64,000 bases of DNA. Origin: an uncultured delta proteobacterium. GTDB lineage: Bacteria > Desulfobacterota > Desulfobacteria > Desulfobacterales > Desulfatirhabdiaceae. This document shows positions 55,046 to 64,000 of this stretch, piece by piece. Numbering within the stretch: position 1 is the stretch's first letter; the number at the start of each line of letters is the position of its first letter. The position numbers and the translations under genes were made by a program. The notes beneath the pieces were generated by a model, which worked only from the letters and a program-made list of their open reading frames with translations, did not search any database and had not been told where the DNA came from. The stretch is from NCBI GenBank assembly GCA_963789395.1, contig CAWBKP010000007.1, forward strand, positions 1 to 64,000. The letters run 5' to 3'.

Positions 55046-58000
55046 ATGCGATTCAGATTGCTGTTCCAGATTGGTTTTTTCATCATACTGGCCATGGGTG
55101 AGTGTGATGCCGCCATTCCCGCTGTTTCCGCTTCGCCGCCGTCAGTGATTCCTTCCTCGGATGTACTGATCATTCATGACAGCCTGCCGGGGCCCCTCCC
55201 GCCGGGTTGGGTCGATGGGAATAACGATCCTGGATCTCTTGGGCCATTTCGGGCTGCGGGGAACGCTCCAGCCCATTGAAAATTACAGATCCGGGGACAT
55301 TGCCCGGTTTCGTTTTGTCATCGTGCTGGGCATCGATGAGCGCCAGGTGAACTATCCGCAGGACTTTTTATCCGATATTCGAAATACCCGTATTCCGGTG
55401 TTCTGGATTGCCAATCATCTTGACGATCTCTTGAAAGATCAGCAGTTCAGCGGCCATCTTGGCTTCAGGATGGCTGATTCCCCCCTCTGACCGGCTTTCA
55501 ATCGGTTTCCTACAAGGGCCAATCGCTGATAAAAGGCGAGCCTTCGCTGTTTCCCATGGAGATTCTTGATCCATCCAGGGTTCAGATTCTGGCGACGGCA
55601 GTCCGCAAAGATGGCAGTTCCATGCCCTATATGGTCCGGTCGGGATCATTCTGGTACTGCGCGGATTCGCCATTTTCCTATGCAGAGGAAGGCAACCGCT
55701 ATCTGGTTTTCTGTGATCTTCTTCATGATTTTTTTGGCATTGACCAGCCGGCAGAACGCAAGGCCTGGTGCGTATCGAAGATGTCTCGGTCGATTCGGAC
55801 ACGGATGATCTGCGCGCCATGGCGGATTATCTATACGGAAAAAAATTCCTTTTCAGGTTTCGCTGATTCCGATCTTCAAGGATCCCGAAACCAAAGAGGA
55901 AATCTATCTTTCGGATCGGCCCCAATTTGTCCGTGACATCCATTACATGGTTTCCCGGGGCGCAACGATCGTGATGCATGGGGTGACCCACCAGTACCAT
56001 GGCAGAAGCGGAGATGATTACGAGTTCTGGGATGATCAGTCCGGCAAGCCGGCTTCTGGCGACCTCAGGCTGTTGTCGAGCAGAAACTGCGCACCGGTCT
56101 GGAAGAGTGCTTTTCCAACGGCATTTATCCGGTCACCTGGGAAACACCGCACTATGTGGCATCGGAGAACACGTACCGGACAATCGGAAAATACTTCAAC
56201 TCTTCCTACGAGCGCGTCTCTTCGGTCAACAACGCCGAAGCCGGGCATTATTTCCCTTACCCGACCGTGGATCGGTTCGGCCGGTTCATCATCCCGGAAA
56301 ACATCGGTTTCATCGAAGTGGACAAGCCATCTCCGGAAGAGCTGATCAAAAACGCCGAGCGCATGCTGGTGGTGCGTGACGGCATGGCATCTTTTTTCTT
56401 CCATCCCTTCATGGATCTCAAATACCTGAAGCAGTCGGTTGAAGGCATTCAGAAGCTGGGCTATCATTTTGTTTCGATCCGCGATTACAACCTGCGCGTT
56501 CAACTGGACGACCGTCTGGTGCAGACAAAAACAAACAGCATTGAGATGACGCCCCACGCCAAATATCTTCACCGGCTCTATCAGCAGGCGGATGGCAGCA
56601 TTTCCGGAGAATCCTATCTGGAAAAAACTCCCCAGGGTGTGATCACGGATCCCGGCGTGGTGCCGGCCAATGCCATTCTGGTGATGGAAGGCGTCAACGA
56701 GATTCTTGCGCAGAAGGAGCAGGCTTCCCCCGGCAAGTGGGAGGTTTTCAAATCGTGGGTTCAGAGCAAGCTTCATGGAAAATCCGCCGCGGTATCCCCT
56801 CTGGAACAGCCTCAGGCCGTGGTTCTCTGGGAGGATAATCTGCCGAAAGAAGACTGGAACAATCAGTCGAGCTACGTCAGCGCCCTTTCCCTCTATGGCT
56901 TCCGGACAAGCACGATGGACTGGAAGACATTTGAAATGGATTCGGTGCCGGAAGGCGCAATTCTTGTTGTTCCCCAGGCTGTTGCAGTGAGATTGCCTCC
57001 AGCCAGCGTGACATCGATTCAGGCTTTTGTCAAAAGAGGCGGAAGGCTCGTTCTGGATGGACCCAGTCCGCTGAGTCAAAGCGTGGGCGTTCAAAGTCTG
57101 AAGAGATCGATCAAGGTTCGGACAGTGGAGGAAATGTTATACGAAACCCACGAAATTACCTGGAATCCATCGGCCAACGTGCCCCGTTTTACAGTCCCGA
57201 AACCACTTGCGGTATATGCCAGGGATGAGGAAAGCGAACTGCCGCTGGCGGTTCTGGGCGGGTTTCACGAAGGCCGTTTTCTGTATCTGGGCGCGCGGTT
57301 TGATCCGATCAGCAAACTCGGGTACACCCGATATCCCTATTTTATCCACTACCTTCGCGAGGGCTTTAAGCTGAACCTGCCGGCCCAGCGCAAACAGCTT
57401 GAGCTCTATTTCGATCCCGCGCTTGCCAAGCGACAGGGGGCGGAGGATAAACTCGCCGAGCAGTGGAGCAGAATGGGGGTTCGCATCATCTATGCGGCAG
57501 CCTACCAGTTCTGGCCGAAATGGTCATACAACTACCAGCATCTGGTCGAAGTCTGTCACAGAAACGGCATCCTGGTCTATGCGTGGTTCGAGTTCCCGCA
57601 TGTAAGTGTGAAATTCTGGGAGGAGCACCCGGAGTGGCGGGCCAAGACAGCCACGGGTGAAGACGGACATGTGGGCTGGCGCTATCACATGGATCTGGAT
57701 ATTCCCGAATGCCGGGAGGCGGTTTTTGATTTTGCGGTCGATTTTCTGAAAAAGTACGGTGGGATGGCGTCAATATCGCCGAGCTGAATTACGATACGGT
57801 GAATGGCCCTGAAATCCCAAATCCTATCTGCCCATGGGATCAACGACCCGGTCCGGGTTCCTAACCCAGTACAATTTCGACCCGATCCTGCTCTTCTCGC
57901 CAAGTTCGCCTTATTACTGGCAACGCAACCGGGCGGCCTTGAAAAAATTCGAGACTTACCGGGCGCAGCGGGTACTGGAGTGGCATCGGGATTTGCTGGA

Positions 58001-59026
58001 AAGGGTCACGCCGGTTGCCAAAGCCCGGGACATGGAAGTCATTGTGACCATGCTTGACAGTCTGCATTCGAAAACCCTCAAGCGGGATACGGGTGTGGAC
58101 TCGCGCCTGATTCTCTCCCTGATGGATCGCTATCCGTTTATGCTTCAGGTGGAAGATCCTTCCCATTTCTGGGCGGAGGGTCCAGACCGATATCAGAAAT
58201 TTACGGAGACCTATCTCAAGCTCGTCAAAGACAGAAGCCGACTGATGTTCGACATCAATGTCGTTCCTGACCGCAACATTGAAAAGTCGCATGCTCCCAC
58301 ACAGACGGTAATGGGGATCGAGCTTGCCCAGACCGTGAGCGCCGCAAGAAAGGCTTCTGGAAGGGTTGCCGTTTACAGCGAAGGGACCGTGCCTTACCAG
58401 GATATCGATGCGCTCTCCAGGGTGCTGGCAAGCGATGCCATCCTGGAAAAACCGGCCATTCCTGGACAGTGGAATCGAAGGAGGCCATCATTCTGAATGC
58501 TCCCGGACTGTGGCAGAATTATCAGGTGAATGGCCGGATTTGGCCCGGATGGGGAGAAAATTCCATTTTCATGCCTGCGGGAAAAAATCAGATTTCACCC
58601 ATTGAACGCCGGTTTCAACTAATGGATAAATCTGCTCTGGATATGCGTCTGCTCCGTTTTTCCGGAGACATGGATTCGCTTTCGCCTACGCAGCAGGGAT
58701 TTGAATTTGCCTATGACTCTACGCTACGGACAATTGCGCTTTTGAACCGGGAACCTCACGAAATTCAAATTGACGGCAGAAAAACCGATGTGAAGCCCAT
58801 TGCATACGCCGGCAATTGGAACCTCCTACTTCCCAGCGGCAAACACCGGGTGGAAATCATCGCCGACAGCACGGCATCAACGATCGTTAACAGAACCAGC
58901 CTTTACAGTTCGACGGCGATCGTTATTTTTGGAACCGTAGCCTGCGGGCTATTAGGGCTTTTATACATGGCCATTCTGGTGCGCCGCACCTTCGCACACG
59001 CAATTGGCGGCAGCAAGCAATCGTAA
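55046..59026 (+). CDS. Large DUF2334 (YdaL/PssB-like deacetylase) + GH-like barrel fusion, membrane anchored (many frameshifts)
   Basis: Joined fragments give a signal peptide, DLLHDFF, RIEDV, IPIFKDP, VMHGVTHQY, EFWD, WETPHY and SFFFHPF. These are followed by CHRNGILVYAWFEFPH..FWEEHPEW..WDGVNIAEL and a C-terminal TM. Confidence 0.75.
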
Positions 59027-59068
59027 AAGCATTTTTCCAAAGGCGGGAGCCAAAATAAGGGAACATTC

Positions 59069-60354
59069 ATGTTTTCGCATCTGGTTTTGAATTATATATT
59101 TGTATTTAGTGTTGTTGTCATCTGGTTCATGCTCGGTTATCAGTTTATCCTGTTCATGCTGGGCTATATATATGGATTCCGTGCACAGCGAATGCGAGAA
59201 CATCTGGAGCGCACAACCCTGAGCTTCCCGCACTCTCCATCATGATTCCCGCGCACAACGAAGGGCTGGTGATTGCAAAGACGCTGGATGCACTTCTGAA
59301 TATGAATTACCCCAAGGAAAAAATAGAGTTTCTGGTCATCAACGACGGCAGTACGGATGATACCGCAAGCATTGTCGAAACGATTGCCTCTAAGGATTCG
59401 AGGGTCCGGCTCTATAACGTCCCCATGGCGCTTGCTGCACGGGGAAAGTCATCGGCTTTGAACCAGGGGCTCGAGCTGTGCCGCCACGATGTTATCGGAA
59501 TCTTTGATGCCGACAACACGCCAGAAGCAGATTCTGTTATACATCTGGCCCGCGAATTGTTAGCAGATGATCGTCTTGGCGCTGTAGTCGGCAAATTCCG
59601 TTGCATCAATAAGAAGAAAAATCTTCTGACCCGCTTTGTGAATATCGAAGGGCTTGCCTTCCAGTGGATCATTCAGGCGGGCCGATGGAATCTTTTCCAG
59701 ATGGCAACACTGCCGGGCACTAATTACCTGATGCGGCGGACCCTTATCAAGGAGTTGGGCGGATGGGATACGGAAGCCTTGACTGAAGACGCCGAGCTTT
59801 CCATTCGAATCTATGAGGCCGGGTATCTGATCAAGTTCATTCCGTATGCGGTTACATGGGAGCAGGAACCTGAGAATCTGCGGGTCTGGTTCAAGCAGCG
59901 GGTGCGGTGGGCACGGGGTAACAATTATGTGCTTGAAAAGCATATTGCCCGTATTTTTAAAATCAAACCAAGGGTTGTGGGCATGGAACTCTTCTATACC
60001 ATGGCGGTGTATTACCTTTTTTTCATTGCGATCCTGCTCTCGGATCTGCTTTTTGTGCTGGCGGTTCTTGGCTGGATTTCGATTCCGGTTCCCGGCCCCT
60101 ACCGCGAGGTGTGGTTCTTTGCTTTCGGCCTATTTACGCTTGAGCTGATCATCGCTTTGTCACGTGAGAGGGAAGACACGCCGCTAAATATCGGGCTCAT
60201 CGTTCTGTCTTATTTCACCTACTGTCAACTCTGGATCGCCGTGGTGCTGAAAGGAGTCTACGATGATTTCGTTTTGCGGCGTGAGCATAAATGGGACAAA
60301 ACACAGCGGTTCGCTGTCGATTTGCAGGAATGTGAACAATTGGTTAAAGGATAG
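59069..60354 (+). CDS. Processive GT2 polysaccharide synthase, YdaM/PssC-like (frameshift near 59215)
   Basis: N-terminal TM, IPAHNE, YPKEK, GKSSALN, DADNTPE, GAVVGKFR, LLTRFVNIE, LPGTN, TED, WEQEPE and KQRVRWARGN; closely resembles B. subtilis YdaM as I recall it. Confidence 0.88.
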
Positions 60355-60594
60355 TTCTCCAAGATATCCCTTTATCCCAAATAATGGTCTGGCCTGCATT
60401 CTGGATGACAAGAGAAATCAGCATATAGAGAATGCAGCTATTTTACATCGAATCAGTTTAGCGCTTGAAATTCATCGGAGGCCGCTGTATATTTAAAGTT
60501 TCGGCTAAAAGCGAACTTGAATATCGTATAACCAGAAAGGAGGACATCATTACAAGAGGACACGTTGGGCGAAGCTGCGGCACTGGGGTGAGCG

Positions 60595-60676
60595 CAGCGC
60601 TTTTCGAGAAGGCATGGATGATGCCTACTGGATCGGCAAACCCCGTTTTCAAAGCAAAGGGCCAGGCAAACCGTGA
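60595..60676 (+). repeat. 66-bp direct repeat, right copy: displaced GH26 3' end with its own stop codon
   Basis: Translates as SAFREGMDDAYWIGKPRFQSKGPGKP*, versus ...QSKGSNKP* in GH26 copy 2. Confidence 0.92.
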
Positions 60677-60713
60677 CATGCGTTTTTTGCGGCAGCGGAT
60701 TCAGGGGCATTAG

Positions 60714-61865
60714 CTATGGCCGGGATTCAAAATAGTCATGAATACAGCCGATGATCTCTTGGACGTTTTCTGTGGAAAGCTCACAATAAATCGGCAGGCG
60801 GATAAGGCATTCGCTATAATAATCACACCACGACAGTTGCCTGCTTCCATGTATTTCCGAATAAAAATCAGATTTGTGCAGGGGCAAATAATGAAACACA
60901 GCGTTTATGTGGTTGCCTTTTAAAAAAGACAATAATTCATTCCGTATAGTATGATTCCGGCACAAAATATAAAACATGTGTGCGTTGTTGGTTGCATAAT
61001 CAGGAATGGCGGGTAGCTTAACAACGCCCTGTTCCGCCAGGTTCTTTAGTCCATCATGATACTGCTGCCAGATGGTTTTTCTTTTCGCCTGAATCGCTTC
61101 AATACTTTCAAGTTGCGCAAACAGAAACGCCGCGATAAGTTCCGACGGTAAAAAAGAAGAGCCGACGTCTTTCCAACCGTATTTATCGACTTCACCCCGA
61201 AAATATTCAGCCCTGTTTGTTCCTTTTTCCCAGATTATTTCAGCCCGTTTTATAAAATTCGCATCATTGATAACGAGCATGCCGCCTTCTCCGCAAACAA
61301 TATTTTTCGTTTCATGAAACGAAAATGCCGAAAGGTGGCCGATGGACCCGATGGGTCGATCAGTGTAGAATGACTCGATGCTCTGGGCAGCGTCTTCAAC
61401 GACAAAGAGATCGTATTTAGCGGCAATCGCCATGATCTTGTCCATATCGCAGGCGACGCCGGCATAATGAACCGGAACGATTGCTTTTGTTCTGGAAGTG
61501 ATCAGCCCTTCAATTTTATCCGCATCGATGTTCGGATTCAAAGGGCTGCTGTCCGCAAAAACAATTTTTGCGCCTCTCAGCACAAAGGGATTTGCGGTTG
61601 ATACAAACGTGAAAGACGGCATGATGATTTCATCGCCTTCTTTTATATCCAGAAGAATGGATGCCATCTCCAAAGCATCCGTACAACTTGTGGCAAGAAG
61701 GCATTTTTTAAAACCATACCTTTCTTTAAAAAAATAATGGCATTTTCTGGTAAATTCACCATTGCCGGCGATGCACCCGGAGTCAATGGCTGCTTTGATA
61801 TACGTCATCTCGTTGCCCGATAAATACGGCTTATTAAATGGAATCATGATGTTATTCGGTTTCAT
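60714..61865 (-). CDS. rffA: dTDP-4-amino-4,6-dideoxygalactose transaminase
   Basis: IPFNKP, SCTDALEM, VHYAGVAC, EDAAQ, FSFHETKN, EKGTNR and GSSFLPSE. Confidence 0.93.
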   Translation of the reverse strand: MKPNNIMIPFNKPYLSGNEMTYIKAAIDSGCIAGNGEFTRKCHYFFKERYGFKKCLLATSCTDALEMASILLDIKEGDEIIMPSFTFVSTANPFVLRGAKIVFADSSPLNPNIDADKIEGLITSRTKAIVPVHYAGVACDMDKIMAIAAKYDLFVVEDAAQSIESFYTDRPIGSIGHLSAFSFHETKNIVCGEGGMLVINDANFIKRAEIIWEKGTNRAEYFRGEVDKYGWKDVGSSFLPSELIAAFLFAQLESIEAIQAKRKTIWQQYHDGLKNLAEQGVVKLPAIPDYATNNAHMFYILCRNHTIRNELLSFLKGNHINAVFHYLPLHKSDFYSEIHGSRQLSWCDYYSECLIRLPIYCELSTENVQEIIGCIHDYFESRP

Positions 61866-62781
61866 TGAACTTAATGGTTTCTTTTACTGTATACTGCGGT
61901 TTGGAATTGAGGCTCAGATACATTCGCCCCATGTATTCACCGATCAAGCCTATGGAGGCCAGAATCAGCCCCCCGACGATCAAATTGATCAAAACCAGCG
62001 TCAACCAGCCTTCAACCGCATGATCGGTTAAAAAATATTCCAGCAAATAAAACACGGCAAGTCCAAAACCGATGGAAGCGACCAGAAACCCCATCAGCGA
62101 TGCTATTCGCAAGGGATAGACGGAAAAACTGGTCGCCAGTTTAAAAAAAACGGAAATTGACCGGAATAAATTGAAATTGCTATTTCCCTTGTAACGTTCA
62201 TGGTGCTCGATGGTGATCTGGGTGACATTGTTGGTTGTTTGAAGCAGCAATCCCTGAACATAAGGATAGGGGCCCTTGTATTTCAGTACTTCATCAACCA
62301 CCTCTTTTCGGATGATCTGAAACGGCGAAAGGTAGATGTGTTTTGGTTTGTCGATTAAAATATCAGCGATCTTTCCATTGAACCAGCTGCCCATATTTTT
62401 CCACAGGGCCTGATTTTTCTTTAAAAAATTCGCATAACATACATCATATCCCTTCCGGCACTCATCATAAAGTTTAATGATATCATACGGGGAGTGCTGG
62501 ATATCATCGTCCATAATCACCGTATAATTGCCCGTGGCATGCGAGAGCCCGGCCATAATGGCATTGTCCTGCCCGCTGTTCTTCCGCAGATTCACGCCGA
62601 TCAGGCTGTGATTCTGACTGCATAATTGAGCAATGACATCCCAGCTTCCGTCCTTACTGCCGTCATTGACCAATATCAGATCATAGCGCATTTCTGATAA
62701 AGCATCTTGAACCTGTCTGGCCAGTTCAATCAAATTGCCTTCGCTGTTATAAACCGGAATGACGATGCTGATGTCTTTCAT
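61852..62781 (-). CDS. GT2 polyprenol-phosphate glycosyltransferase (GtrB/ArnC-like)
   Basis: IVIPVYN, VNDGSKD, NSGQDNA, MDDDIQH, two C-terminal TMs and IGEYMGR. Confidence 0.88.
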   Translation of the reverse strand: MKDISIVIPVYNSEGNLIELARQVQDALSEMRYDLILVNDGSKDGSWDVIAQLCSQNHSLIGVNLRKNSGQDNAIMAGLSHATGNYTVIMDDDIQHSPYDIIKLYDECRKGYDVCYANFLKKNQALWKNMGSWFNGKIADILIDKPKHIYLSPFQIIRKEVVDEVLKYKGPYPYVQGLLLQTTNNVTQITIEHHERYKGNSNFNLFRSISVFFKLATSFSVYPLRIASLMGFLVASIGFGLAVFYLLEYFLTDHAVEGWLTLVLINLIVGGLILASIGLIGEYMGRMYLSLNSKPQYTVKETIKFNETE

Positions 62782-63391
62782 GGATTGTTATTAACATATC
62801 CTTTTTTTCTGATATGATTTCATAGGTGAAATTATATGGTTGTTTGTAATTATCCAGCAGTTCAATCAACGAGCCCCGATTAAAACGAAAGGCTTCGGCG
62901 CCGTTTCGGACGGTAGAAGCCCTGGCCCCGATTTTTCCCATGAAATTTTTGATGGAAGTGATATTTTTTATCGGCTCGGAGAGAATAATTTTTGGCGAGC
63001 ACGATGTCATCAATTGCCAGATTTTCTCCATGTTCTCATTAAAATGATATAAAGAGCCCGCAAAAATCAGAACGTCCGCAGCAGGTAACCTTTCCAGGGA
63101 TAAAATATCCGTACTTAGGGCTTTATAGCCGTGTTTTATGGCATGATTTACAAACGCATCGTTTATGTCATATCCCACCCAATGCCGTGCGCTTTCTTTG
63201 CAGTACGCCGCGATATAAATATCTCCGAAACATAATTCAACGACATGTTTATCCTCCGGCCCGAATATGTTTATTATATCCTTGAATCGCTGGTGATATC
63301 GCCCAAGATACAACAGGTTCATGATGAGCCGGTAAATCCATATGTTTCGATAAATCAGACTGACGTCGTTTTTCACTTCCGAACCCGGCAT
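62747..63391 (-). CDS. Class I SAM-dependent methyltransferase-like protein
   Basis: Motif I-like VVELCFGD, GYDIN and GSLYHF. Confidence 0.65.
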   Translation of the reverse strand: MPGSEVKNDVSLIYRNIWIYRLIMNLLYLGRYHQRFKDIINIFGPEDKHVVELCFGDIYIAAYCKESARHWVGYDINDAFVNHAIKHGYKALSTDILSLERLPAADVLIFAGSLYHFNENMEKIWQLMTSCSPKIILSEPIKNITSIKNFMGKIGARASTVRNGAEAFRFNRGSLIELLDNYKQPYNFTYEIISEKKDMLITIHERHQHRHSGL

Positions 63392-63694
63392 CTTCTTGAA
63401 ATCACATTAAAAACAGCATGGTGTTTGCCTTTGGACATATTGATCCCGTATGTACCGCATAGCACGGTCACTGTCAAATCAAGAATCCTGTTGCGCTCGG
63501 CAATCCTCGCGTATGACCCGAAATATGCTGCATGATGTTATAGAGATGCTTGATTTTATCAACCGCGAACGATAAATTGAATACTGCCTGCAAAAATTAA
63601 TCTTTAAAAGCCACCGGCAATCTTCCGCTCAGGGCATAGACCCCTCAGTTGCAAGCATGTGCCGGAATTTCATTCCAGGAGATAGAAAACGCTC

Positions 63695-64000
63695 ATGACC
63701 CATAGCAGTAAATTCGAGGATGCCGAAGACATCCGGGTATGCCGGGGCGACATCGATTATCAGGGCATTGTAAGGCACATCAACGACGGGGTTGTCATCA
63801 TCAGAGAAGGAACCATCGTCTTTGCCAACACCGCATTTTATGAAATATCACGGCAAAAACCGGAGCAGGTGATCTCATCCACGTTCGCTGACTTCATCTC
63901 CGCCGCAGACCAGGAAAGAGTTGCCCGGTTCTGCACGGAACAACTTTTCATCGAAGGCATCTCCGACAGGATCGAATTCGTCATGCCGACGGACATTGGC
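63695..64000 (+). CDS. PAS-domain signalling protein, N-terminal part (runs off the window)
   Basis: RBS AGGAG. The open frame reads YQGIVRHINDGVVIIREGTIVFANTAFYEIS...FADFISAADQERV. Confidence 0.8.
   Translation, partial: MTHSSKFEDAEDIRVCRGDIDYQGIVRHINDGVVIIREGTIVFANTAFYEISRQKPEQVISSTFADFISAADQERVARFCTEQLFIEGISDRIEFVMPTDIG

Noticed and set aside
1..64000. CRISPR array, tRNA/rRNA, prophage or defence system
   Set aside because: No regularly spaced repeats, RNA gene signatures or phage/defence motifs were seen by eye.

Overview
This is a bacterial chromosomal window. Gene content (lpxC with DUF4390, iorA, GAF-EI ptsP, MauE-rhodanese-C_GCAxxG_C_C, hydantoinase-HDAC pair) suggests a Gram-negative anaerobic deltaproteobacterium (Desulfobacterota-like); that assignment is an inference. 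In order, it contains: a Mo/S-handling mini-cluster; an 814-nt ORF-less group II intron with intact DV/DVI and EBS1/EBS2 matching its flank; a trehalose/maltose-type ABC importer; a decayed RAYT/IS200-like transposase; accessory genes (patatin, APC-USP, ClC, AsmA, SelO); a secreted FN3/FG-GAP repeat protein behind a c-di-GMP-I riboswitch; glpD, MATE and small cassette-like genes; a prkA-yeaH-spoVR-prkA2 operon; iorA without iorB; lpxC; a hydantoinase-HDAC-GDPD-Nudix-ptsP run; a 14-kb exopolysaccharide locus; an rffA cluster; and a truncated PAS gene. The EPS locus is the best candidate for an undescribed system. It combines a GH18-like/CE4/GT2 fusion, tandem GH26 genes and an 8.6-kb block (GH-like gene, wecB, DUF2334-GH fusion, YdaM/PssC-like GT2) bounded by an exact 66-bp direct repeat of the GH26 3' end. 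Many genes carry single-base frameshifts that are most likely long-read consensus errors, so joined coordinates are approximate. All family calls come from motif recognition by eye; no searches were run.
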